NCBI RefSeq assembly: GCF_006345805.1 | Contig: NC_043003.1 | Coordinates: 82,584,001-82,648,000, forward strand | Length of the DNA stretch: 64,000 nucleotides | Reading direction: 5' to 3' | From: Octopus sinensis | Taxonomy: Eukaryota | Part shown: positions 52,681 to 64,000 of the stretch, piece by piece | How the letters are laid out: each line of letters begins with the position of its first letter | How positions within the stretch are numbered: position 1 is the stretch's first letter | Made by a program: the position numbers and the translations under genes | Notes under the pieces: model-generated | Databases searched by the model: none | What the model was told of the DNA's origin: nothing | The model's input: the letters and a program-made list of their open reading frames with translations, nothing else

Positions 52681-53254
52681 TTGAATGAAATTAAGTAATT
52701 TACCTTTTATAGTGAAACTGAAAGTTCTAAAGTGGCACCGTCACATTAGTCATGACTCCCGTATTTACCCATAATCAGACAATTCAGAAGCATAAATTCC
52801 ATCTAAAGTGGATCACACCGATACATTCATACATGAAATATGTGTAAACTATTCACATTTCGTCATAAAATGCAACCAATAATACTTCTTTAACCCTGCT
52901 CAACTAACAAGCGGTTACATTATCGAATATATTTATCGATTCAACATGTATACTATACGATTCTATACTAATAAATTAACAAAAACATAGCCATTTTTAA
53001 TCTGGTTACCTGTTAGAATAAATTCATTCATAATAAACTCAAAACAATTAATAAAACGTATTATATAACCAAGAATATAGATGTCTACAGTTATGTATTT
53101 TATCATACATTTTCAATCATGTATATTATTCAGCATGCATTCCCCTAAAATTAGTTTTCTTTTCTCTTCAATCATTATTTCCTGAATTACATAATATTTA
53201 ACTCATAGAAATAATATTCCTTTTCCTATATATATACAATCATGAGCTCTTGTG

Positions 53255-53395
53255 ATTGGGGTGAAGGGTGATGTCGATTACACCAATCCAAGTATTTGGC
53301 GAGTACTTTCACTTCTCGACTTCGAAAGGATGAAAAGCAAAATCGACTTTGCAAGAATTTGAACACAGAACATAAGGAAAATTACCGCCAAACAT
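53255..53395 (-). mobile_element. degenerate SINE (family B)
   Basis: gtcgattacacc...gaaaggatgaaaagcaaaatcgact...atttgaacacagaac. Confidence 0.6.
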
Positions 53396-53949
53396 TTTCT
53401 TAATGAAATGATATCAACTGGCTCTTGTTTCTACGTTGATTGCAACTTCTTGAGTAATCCCTGGCCTATGTGCGGTATAGCAAACATCGAATTATTATGT
53501 AACACCATCCCAGCTTCTGTGGATCAAAGACTAAACAATACGATACAGCATACAACACCATCTTCCTAGCTAATCATGCTTCTGGTTTGCTGATATGTTT
53601 ACTATACATTCCAACTTAAATTAATAAATTCTTGTACAGTGAGGTAGTTGAGGAATACACTACTCTTTCCACCTTCCACTCACTATCTTGCACCGGTAGA
53701 TTCTGGTGATAGTCAAAGTAAAATGGCCGAGATGGATGCAGTCAGAAAGCGGCAGTTTGTATTTCTCTGCATTAGTTGTTACTGGTAAGCATCCTGACAC
53801 ATTGGTATTTACGACATGGTTATTATTTCATACATTTTTGCTTTCGTTATTAGAGTAAAGATTGAAACAACGTAACAGTCTTTTTAAATGTTATGTAATA
53901 TTCAATGATTGTTTAAGGATATAATTTTTGTATTTTTCTTTGTGTATAT

Positions 53950-54168
53950 TTAGTTGTTGCTTGAATCCACCTCGGGTTTATTGACCAGGTCTATGATTAA
54001 AGGTTTTTCTGTGGTGACCATCCTTTCGTTTGCCTCCTGGACAACATTGTCCAAAAGTGGCCATTTTCTAGAAGATAGAAGGAAATTTGTGGGAGTCGTT
54101 GCTGGTTTTCTAGCAGGTTGTGAAATTGTAGTCCATCCAATAGCTTGTGTTACGTGAAATGTCAATAT
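53950..54168 (-). CDS. candidate terminal coding exon of unknown protein; plus-strand reading also possible
   Basis: 73 open codons ILTFHVTQAIGWTT...KPEVDSSNN* after a TTAAG acceptor; GC-richer than flanks; no family recognised. Confidence 0.3.
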   Translation of the reverse strand: MLTFHVTQAIGWTTISQPARKPATTPTNFLLSSRKWPLLDNVVQEANERMVTTEKPLIIDLVNKPEVDSSNN

Positions 54169-55969
54169 CTTAATTGAAAGAATTAGTTAGCTACTTAGAT
54201 TAATGTAATTCCAAATAAGAAAATATTGCCTACCACAAATTAGGTCCACATAAATATCCATTGTTATTGACGCATGGTGTTAATTTAGAAAGGATTTAAT
54301 CAGATTATGTTGCCTTCATATATTTCGCAACATCATTTGCAACTTAAATTAAACGAACTAATTTCAACTGGGTATCGAAACTGTCAACCGCACATCGTCC
54401 ATAACAGGACTTATGTTTGACGTTTCATTTCTAATATATGTAAGTAAAATTGTTCATGATATAAAGAATATTCGGTAATTAAGCAACATCGCTATGTTTC
54501 TGATACTTATTTTAGCGACACAAGATTCCTGAAAAAAAACAGAATCACTCAGGCCGGGATTTGAACTGAGAGCTAAACAGATTAAACAGAAATACTGAAA
54601 TAACTTCAACGTAATTCATTTTATTTATCCTACAATGATAGTATTAAATGCTTCTAACAGAAATGTAGTTGTTTAATCGAGTTCCATATATAATATTGTG
54701 AAAATGAGCTAGTTAACTGGCCGGGTCTTGAATTTACTGTAAATTCTGCCCAGCAAAATGCAAACGAAATTTCCCGAGGTTTTCTATCAATAATTTATAC
54801 AATTGAATTCTGTAACGTGGTTTAAATATACAACATGGAAATTACTTTTTCCAACATATCTATTATAAGAGGTCTAGATATCTATGTGTTTTGATGCGTG
54901 CGCTAGAAATACGTCAACTTTGTCTTGCGTTTACGCACGAAAAGAATCCAATAAACTGATACGAGACCAAGTTAGAACTAAATGTAATTTACCTGACAGT
55001 GTAGTATTTGACTATTTATTTATTTATTTATTTATTCCATTTACGCCGATAGATTTCAGTTGTCAGTTCCCGAGATTATTCTCGCGAGAATCGTGAAATG
55101 TTATTATAACAAAACGCTGTCTCCCAGCGGAGATCGTCTCAGAAATTTACATTCATTTCCATCATCTGAGGGGCAATCAGACAATTTAGACATAAATAGA
55201 TACCAACAAATATGAATACACAAATTAAGATCAACATACGTAGGTTCATGTAATTATATGTCCTTTATTTGAATAAATCTTCAGCGTCGTCCTGTACCGA
55301 ACGTAATAATATATGCTCAGAGAAATGTTACTGTGTTTGTAAGAATTATAGTTACCTAGAAACTGGAAGACTAATATAGAAATTTGTTCGTTTTAATTAC
55401 TTGTCACCGTATCATTAAATCAACTCTTATCCTTATGACCTTAAATAATTACATTGAATTACCGAGCAGACTTGTTAAAAATGAATATTCATTTAATTAT
55501 CATCACCGAAAATCTGAAACACAACTCCACTTGTCATATCGCTTGGCACTCAGGTAAGATAAATTATTTGTAAGGGATGAAATTGGGATATAATTTTATC
55601 GCTTTCAGTTTTGTTTTTGTTTTGTTTTTGTTTATAAACAGAAACTAAATTTGCAAAAGTTGTCTGCAAAAAGTCATAATTAGTTGGCCTGATAATAACA
55701 TATTAGCGTTTAAAACAAGAAATTAATTGAAAAATACAAGTCGTTATTCAATAATGTTTACAGAAACAAATAATAAATCGTTTTCTATTTTCGGAAGGCA
55801 ATTGTAAGAGTTAGAGTATCGTGAAGAACACAAATATTCGATACTTTAGCTAATTTTGTTTAGAATTAAAAAACAAAGTACTTCATTAGATAGATATAAG
55901 TAAACTTTTAAGCCAAATTTAACTTTTTATAACTTTCCAAATACAAATATGTTATATTGTATTTATATA

Positions 55970-56141
55970 TAGGCGCGGGCGTGGTTGTGTGGTAAAAATG
56001 TAAGAAGCTTGCTTCCCAATCGCATGGTTCCGAGTTCAATCCAACTGCGGAGCACTTTTGGCGAGTGTCTTCTACTGTAACCTTGGTTCGACCAAAGCCT
56101 TGTGAGTGGATTTGGAAGACGGGAAATGAAGGAAGCCCGTC

Positions 56142-56235
<94 letters not shown>

Positions 56236-56460
56236 GTGTGTGTGTGTGTGTGTGTGTGTTTGTTTGTGTGTGTGTGTGTGTGTCCACACAGATGTTGGGG
56301 TATTCACGTCTGCGTACCATAGCGATTCGACAAAAGAAACCGATAGAATAAGGGCTAGTCTCAAAAAGAATAAGACTTGGGACCGATTTCTTCGACTAAA
56401 GGTTGTGCTCCAGCATGGCCGCAATCAAATGACTGAAACAAGTAAAAGAATAAAAGAATG
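55970..56460 (+). mobile_element. SINE (family A), full length with internal (TA)n/(TG)n
   Basis: Head ataggcgcgggcgtggttgtgtggtaa...ggttccgagttcaatcc; tail gctccagcatggccgcaatcaaatgactgaaacaagtaaaagaataaaaga. Confidence 0.9.
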
Positions 56461-57310
56461 CATGTACGTACATGTATATATATATGTATGTATCTATGTT
56501 TGTGTGTATATATATATACATATGTATATATATATATATACATAGATATGTATAAATACATATATATGTATATATATGCATATATATATATGTATATATA
56601 TTGATATATATGTGTGTGTGTATATACACATACACACTCACACACAGGCGCATACATACACAGCCATTATTGGCTGGGTTTTTTTTTAAGCCGAAAATCA
56701 CATTTGCTCTTAAAGAATAGATGTGTGGTAAAGAAATTTTTTCTGCCATGGGCAGTGATTTTCTGCTAAACTTGGGTTTGTGTTGTGTTATTTATTTCCT
56801 TGTAAGCTTCTTTATCTAGCCTATGTGGTATCTTGTATACACCCACAAATCCTTATATATATATCTTATCTTATAACTTGTACAATTGTAATGGTAGGAT
56901 GACTATCTTTAGATACAATTAGTAAGGTGGAGAAGTATTAGTGTGGGGAAATGAGGTGGCATAGGGAGAGTGCCTGATATCAAGGGAGGGGAGAATAGAG
57001 TTGTGTAAGTGACAAATAAGGAGTGGCAGTGGGCTGTCAACGTTAATGTAACCGCCACTCAGAGATACATACGCGCTCGATTTCAGTTTACAAAGCCAAG
57101 TCGTAGCAGACATGAATACAGTGTTTGCGTATATATGTATATATATAGCTGTATGTATGTATATATGTCACTAGCTGTCACCTTTAAGAAAAAGGAATGA
57201 TTTAGATCAGTTTTACTTATTAACATGACACAGACAAATGGAAGTAACTTAATCCTACAACAACTATATTTGCGATCAGACCAAACTCATTCTTTTTTCT
57301 CATCCCTTCC

Positions 57311-57354
<44 letters not shown>

Positions 57355-57885
57355 GTCTTACATATTACGATCTTTTTCGCTCCACCTTCTCTGCCTTTCT
57401 CTCCTTCGCTCTCTCTATTCCTTCTCTCTGTTTCTCTCTCCCTCCCTCTCTTTCACTCTCTCTCTCTCTCTCTCTCTCCACACACACACACATATACACA
57501 CACACAAACGTCTTTCATTTCCTGCTCTTTTTCGTTCCGCTGAGGGTTAGCATTTAACGTTAGGGTTTCGTGTTACCACTTAGTATTACAAGATTGAGTT
57601 AGTGTAAAGATGACATTTATGCAGAAACTGAAAAAGGATTCAAAGTATTTGAATTTGTGTACAAATTTTTACAGAAATGAACTTGGAATTTCGATATCAA
57701 ACAAAAATATTTTCTTAAAAGAAAAAAATAAAGATGTTTATAAAATGTTCTTAATCCGAAATTTGGCTGTTTTTTTTTTGAAAAGATTTACTATAGATAT
57801 TTTTCGCTGTTTTTTTTTAAAAGATTTACTTAAATAAAGAGGTTTGCGATTTTACTGTTAATTCTCTGAGTCATTAACTCGGGCT

Positions 57886-57887
<2 letters not shown>

Positions 57888-57937
<50 letters not shown>

Positions 57938-57946
57938 TGTGTGCGT

Positions 57947-58001
<55 letters not shown>

Positions 58002-58040
58002 TGTGTGCGTGTGTATGTGTGTGTGTGTGTGTGTGTGTGA
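57888..58040. repeat. (TG)n microsatellite
   Basis: Directly visible. Confidence 0.95.
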
Positions 58041-58415
58041 ATGTATGGATCTACAAAAGTGAATGTATGAAAGTGTACAAAAGGATATCTGTATATATAA
58101 TATATGTGTTCTATGGACATTTGAGTATTCCTTCTGTATCATGGTTTATGTATGCGGTTATATAAATATATATTTAATTGATATTAATAAGTACAACTTA
58201 AATCAATGTGTAGAATTCATATAAAAGAGCTTTAAGAAGTGTCAACTCAAATATGCTCTCACCTTCTCTCATTATACAGCCATCCAGAAATAAACATTTC
58301 ACCACTCACTATTTTTAAACATTTATCCTATTCTTCATAAGGTAGGATTTTATATTTGGTACACACAGACAAACACATACACACACAGACATATGAACAC
58401 TCAAATAAACACATA

Positions 58416-59403
58416 CACATAGGGATGTTGGACAAAATAATGGAAACACATAGCATCATAGCATCATAATCTTGAAATATCTATAAAACCGTCAAAAGCT
58501 TATTTATTTTAATGCGTTTTGATTAATTATTAGTGCTGCTTAATATGTTTTGTTAAAATTGCTGTTTCTCTTCAGATATCACCAGAAAAATGTAACTAAA
58601 AGTCATTAAAATAACAGATCTATCGAACTTTCAAAGACATCAAATTGTCGGTGCTGGTATGGCAGACATAACAAAAACAACCGAAGTCTTTGGTGCATCA
58701 AGAAGTACTGCCTCGAAAGTAATGACAGCCTTTGAGAAAGACGGTAAAACCTCCTCGTCGAAACTTTCAGATAGAGACCGTCGGACACTTACGCGAATTG
58801 TTAGAAAGGATCACGAAAGTACAGCTCCCAAAATTACTGCAGAGCTTAATGACCACCTCGAGAACCGAGTTGCCGCAAAAACTGTTCGCCAGGAGCTGCA
58901 CAAAGCCACATTTCACAGGAGGGCTGCAATCAGAAAACCTCTACCTTCAATAATAAACGTTGTAAAGCTTTTAGAGTGGAATAAAAACCTACAGATTTAG
59001 TCCCTAGAGTAGTGGAAGTATAGTTTCTCGAACAAGTTATCCATTACCTTATTTCTGTCCTTCTACCGAGTATACGTGTGGAAGCATTTGACCCAGACTG
59101 CCTTCTTCCAACTTTTAAATATGGAGGGGGATCAGTTCACAGATCTCAATATTATTGAACATTTATGGTGCATTTTAGAGAAACAAGTAAGGAGTCGATA
59201 TCCTCCACCATCATCGCTACAAGAACCGGGGACTGTTTTAGTTGAAGAATGAACAAAAACTCCTTTAGAAACAATTCAAACTTTGTACGAGTCCATACCT
59301 CGTAGAATTCAAGCCCTAATTACTGCCAAAGGCGGTCCTACTCCATATTAAAATTAATTTGTTTGAAATTTTAAAGTGTTTCCATTATTTTGTTCATCCC
59401 CTG
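58416..59403 (+). mobile_element. internally deleted Tc1 element
   Basis: TIRs cacatagggatgttggacaaaataatggaaacac and gtgtttccattattttgttcatcccctg with TA flanks. HTH region DLSNFQRHQIVG..SRSTASKV..LSDRDRR..AAIRKP; C-terminus SPDLNIIEHLW..SIPRRIQALITAKGGPTPY; catalytic middle largely missing. Confidence 0.92.
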
Positions 59404-60369
59404 TATACATTGGTGTGTATTTTTGTATGTACGTATCTCTCTGGGAAAAGGAGATAAGAAGATTCCGAAATGAAATCCATTATATTATGAGACTGAAGAT
59501 CTTGATCTTGATTGGTTCTGGACTACTTGGTTGTGTAAGTTTAATGTATATACATTAAACTTCAGCACGACATTTGTTGACAGACATGTTTAAAATCTAT
59601 GATATGGTAATTTTCAGTAATTATCATATTCATCTACAATGAGTATGAAAGTGAGTATATACGATGAGTATATACAGCTATCATGTATATATACATAAGT
59701 GTGTTCTCGTTTGTTTTTAATTATTTGCAATCGACCCCTACGTAATGAGATGTTTTGTAATAAAAATAAAAAGCTTCATCATTGGAATGTAGCTTACAAA
59801 AACAAATTCACGTTTTTAACTTGAGAAAGTTCCACTTAAAAATTGTGTTTGTAATGTGCAGATTTGCTGGTTAATTTCTATTTTTGAAAACTCTGTCATA
59901 TCCAGATTGTCGCTAAGGCATTTGCTCACGAAACCAAATCTGCTAATTATCATTGGTATAAATGTGAATTTATAATCTGGATACAAAACCTGGATATTTT
60001 GAAACTGTGGTCTGTGGTTATTCTTTCTCTCAGTTTCAAAGAGATATTCACATCAACACAGCGGCTGAGCTTAAGATAGTACATACATTTTCTACCCTGT
60101 TTCAAACTGACGTGTTTTTGTTTCCATTTATCTGAGGTTTTGGTGGGGATGTGCCACTAATATTCCTTGTGTTGATGTTTCTATATGTAATAAATAACAG
60201 GAGTATTCACTATATTTATTCCAGGACAGTATTTTGTTCTGAGAGCATCGTACATTGTTACAACAATGACATCTTGCCGCATTGGTATATAGTACATAAA
60301 TTAACAGCTGCTAATCATATGTATGATATCTTCCACAGAAATAGGACGTAATCTAGATTTTAGGTTGCA

Positions 60370-62150
60370 TCTCGGGAGTTCAGGGTCTTCAATGTTTCTT
60401 TTGCTTACTATGTATTTCGTAGTAGTCGCCTGCTTTGGGATTTCAAATGCATAGCCTTTGAAGTATGATGCGATGTAGAAGACGCGAGTTCAATTTACTG
60501 CACTTCGTATCAACAGTAGTCTTCTTCAGATTTTCGGTAAATTTAACCTCTGCCTAGTATATTTTCGTATACTGAGCGTTTCATATCCATGCATTCCTTG
60601 ACATATGTTAGTCCTGCTGATTGGTGTTGCACGGGAGGTCGTCATGCATGTGTGCTTGCTGAGGAGGTCACTGTTGTCACATAGAATGTCCTATTTGCTT
60701 TTCAGCACTATGTTTATGCAATTAGCCTTTTTCCTGTTGTTTAGCAATTGTTGTATCAGAGACTGAAGTCTTTCTAACTGATCTCAAACATATGCCTCCT
60801 TCATATCTTCTTTGCTCAATATCACTGTTTCCCTGGAAGTTTTCAATTAATGTCTGGAGTATGCGGGCTTTAATGTTTTTGAAGTGATCTTCCTCAACAT
60901 ACCATTAAAGCATTCCAAATGTTGAAGCAGCCCTGGCAGGTCACATGCATTGTGAAATATTATCTTGTATGAGAAAATTCCCGATTGCAATATTCTTATG
61001 AGACTGGTCGCTCTTATTAACAGCACCTTTGGTGTGTCTTCATCAGTGCTTTGTTATTTGTAGCTTCCTAGGAGTGGAACAAAAGAAAGAGAGGGAGGGT
61101 GGAAGAAAGACAAAGGGAGACCGTTGAGGAACAGATTTGGGATTTTAGTTTTAGGTTTTCTACGTTCAATTCCAATCCAACGGCAACTAAAAGAATGTTA
61201 TCAATTCCAGTTGGTTTTCTTTCTTTTTTGTGAGGTGTGCATTATTAACAATTTTAGCATAAATCTTCTGGTTATCCTAAAAGAAATCTGCGATACACTG
61301 ATAGCTCAACATTTCCAGACCCTAGCATGTAGATATTTTATTTTGTAGCAAGAACGTTAATAGATTAAATGCCAAAATGCACTGAATTACAGAAATACTA
61401 TTTCTTTGATATATTCTCTTTGAAATATTTATAGCACTGAAACTGTTGTTCCACTGTCAGTTGTAAATGTGAGAACCTTTGCCCTGATCTTCAAGAGCAT
61501 CTGAATTAGAGCAACTAAGATAACAACTAATTTACCAAATGTAAATACTTTAGCAGCCATAAGTAGGAAATAGATTCGAATGTTTTCTTAATCATGCGGT
61601 AAAATTTCGTTTATTAAAAGTTGTTTGACACATAACATTCTTTTCTTTCCACCTATCTGCTCATCAGTCACTATTTTGTTGGACTCACAATGATCCTCAA
61701 GTTACTGTTTGAGGCAACCTGTGTACCTTTTGCATATAATGTCCAATTAATATTCCGTTAATTTGTTGGTTTCCTCCTCAAACACAAAATTCGCCAGCAC
61801 TATAGCAAACCAATTTGGTATGTCAATCTGATCTTCTGTGTCCTTTTGAGTATATATATTAAAGGTTTTCTGTGAAGTTACAATTACTTGTACAAATATG
61901 CCATTATTGCATCTCTTCCATGTGCCTTCCCATTATGCAGTTTGCCTACAGCTATAGTGGAAGCTTTTGGATTAATTGTGAATAGTATCTTCTGTTAACT
62001 GTATTCAACCATGATGCATTAAGTTTGAAATATCACTTTTCATTCCAGATTTTAGACCAACATTATTGGCGATTTTATTGAGAGGGGGTCTTTCCGAATA
62101 GTATTGTTTTCCTTTCTCATCTTTCAGTATAATGCATTTGAGTTAAACAT
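60370..62150 (-). mobile_element. degenerate RTE-like LINE (APE C-terminal part and RT 3' part)
   Basis: APE-like segments near 61700-62150; RT 3' segments AASTFGML, KNIKARI and TENLKK; many stops. Confidence 0.55.
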
Positions 62151-62169
62151 TTCTCCAGCGGTAACGGGA

Positions 62170-63330
62170 TTTCTCTCTCAGCATCTCAGTTAGCGCTTCA
62201 GATTAATAAACTTTTCCTGAAGAGCTTGGTGTAAGAAGTGTACCGTTGCTACAGACCGTAAAAGAAGTTCTCATTTGTAGTATATGGTAGAAATCCCAGC
62301 GTGCCTTATACGCCCTTGAATTACTGCAAAATCCGTTTCCATCATGTCTGTAAAATATAACGCGAGATTCAATATAAATTTTGCCTAATCGTTGAAGTTC
62401 CAATTCAGTTTCCATTTAAATGTAGAAAATGCGACGGAATAAGAGGAATATGAGTAAATCGAATACAACTAGAATATGAGTATGTCTAATATAAGTAAGT
62501 CGTATACAAAAAGAAAAATCTGCTAGAGGATGGGAGGCTTTTTCATGATATAAATTTCCAGTCTTTTTCATAATACATTATATACCAATCGCTTCATAAC
62601 CTCAGAATTCGCAATATTATCAGGAGAAACAATTTTTCGATGAACAATGGTCTTAATACAACAAGAAATAACATGACCATCTTTTCCATTCTACTACCGA
62701 CCTGTTTTACTGGAGAGTACGGATTCGTTCTGTGAAATTGTTGTTATTTCGTCTTCGCATTGGAGCTAGAACTCAAAACCAGTATTTACCAACCGTCATT
62801 ATTCTACCGTTTTTATTTGTAGTCGTCGTTAAACGTCATATGATATTCAAGGCACACAAGACGCCTCAGCCTTTTATCTAATGCGATGACCCTGAGGTCA
62901 CGCTTCAAAGCATCAAGAATCTTCTTGAAGACTCTACATCTAATTCCAATCATGTGATTGACTGTTGGACGCCAGATTTTATGGATGTTTTTGATAAGAG
63001 TTCTGTTCACCTTGGCCTCATCAACTTAAACTAATATTCATCCGCTTGACTACTAATGAGTTTACGAAATTTTCACCATTGTCAATTTCACAAACCAGTT
63101 ATTAACTAGTTGGAAGCCTGTAAACAAGAACACTATTGCTCTCCACATTTGATACAGCATTAAAAACTGTTCATCTATCGAGTAACTTTGCGCTTACTCT
63201 GGCATATTCATTTGTACCCTCATTGATTTGGATACATACAGGAGCAAATACACCTGACAATGCAAATTCGACAAATTGCATACACTGGGAAGTAGATTGG
63301 TAAGTGTGCCTATATTCCTTTAAACCTTTA
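62170..63330 (-). mobile_element. probable piggyBac-like transposase relic
   Basis: TVNHMIGIRC, NAKTK..NPY, IVSPDNIANS and RAYKARWDFYHIL resemble piggyBac TVDE..G.RC, DAKT.Y..PY, TTDN.FTS and R.T.RW..FY.IL; no TTAA/TIR confirmed. Confidence 0.4.
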
Positions 63331-63379
63331 GCATCGCAGTTATGAGGTTCTTATGTGCCACTATATGAATCACAATGGA

Positions 63380-63720
63380 ATAGAATCACATGGGGTGTAT
63401 ATTATAGTATGTTGTCCCTATTAGTGTGAGTGCTGAATGAAAGAAAACTAATCTTGATTACATTGTTGTAGCTAGATCTTGAGCTTATTGGTGAACATCT
63501 CATTTGACAACCAATCCCCGGCAATTAAAGGAAAGAATGATCATATGCTGACTTCAGTTCATCTTAATGTATATAATGCATCAGCCAAGAGACCATCTGG
63601 TAACTGACTTGTAGCAGGATAACAAGGCAGATTCTTTTGAAATTCATGATTGTCGCCTTGATGGACGGCATTTGTTTCTATCTTCTGTGACTAGTTGAGG
63701 AATGGAATATGCGCAATAGC
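63380..63720 (-). mobile_element. possible N-terminal APE part of the RTE-like LINE
   Basis: Weak similarity to the APE N-terminus; collinear with 60370-62150. Confidence 0.3.
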
Positions 63721-63929
63721 CGCCATTGTGTTAGATGAAAGGGAAAGTTGTAGAGTATAGACGTCAAACATGATGACGGTGACGATGATGACTATCATGA
63801 TGATGAAGAGGAGAAAGAGGTGGAGGATGAAGAAGAAAATGCAAAACAGGCTACTGCAGAGAAAAGAAATGTTTGACTGACTACTACTACTACTACTATT
63901 ATTATTAAGAATGCGAGATGACAGAATAC

Positions 63930-64000
63930 GTCCTTAGGTTTTGATTTCAAATTCCACCGTGGTCGTCTTCGTCTTTCATTCTTCGGAGACGATAAAATAA
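63930..64000 (+). mobile_element. SINE (family B) fragment at window end
   Basis: tttcaaattccaccgtggtcgtcttcgtctttcattcttcgg. Confidence 0.55.

Noticed and set aside
875-58165. Dozens of ORFs rich in IY, HT, CV, poly-I, poly-Y or poly-N
   Set aside because: They are translations of (TA)n, (CA)n and (TAA)n microsatellites, not genes.
1-64000. CRISPR array, rRNA, prokaryotic operon or endogenous viral element
   Set aside because: No regularly spaced repeat-spacer structure, rRNA-like sequence or viral hallmark motif was seen; the context is eukaryotic repeat-rich DNA.

Overview
This is AT-rich, microsatellite-dense animal DNA. The SINE sequences and TE mix resemble an octopus (coleoid cephalopod) genome; that assignment is an inference from recalled sequence, not a search. 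No intact host gene can be supported, and most listed ORFs are microsatellite artefacts. The window holds many TE relics: five R4/Dong-like RLE-LINE fragments (two in tandem inside (TAA)n), RTE-like LINE relics, two Penelope-like element (PLE) relics, about eight Tc1/mariner relics (one with ~270-bp TIRs nested in a LINE), a probable piggyBac relic, a non-autonomous Helitron, a hAT-like MITE and many tRNA-derived SINEs. The most interesting signal is a set of short fold-back elements carrying minimal hammerhead-ribozyme (HHR) motifs. One family (three copies) joins a tRNA-like Pol III head, a microsatellite, a minimal HHR and a tail, with an inverted copy of the tail at its 5' end. In one copy this unit forms the 3' end of a Penelope RT/GIY-YIG relic, which suggests a Penelope-mobilised, ribozyme-bearing SINE-like system. 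All protein and RNA family calls come from motif recognition by eye.
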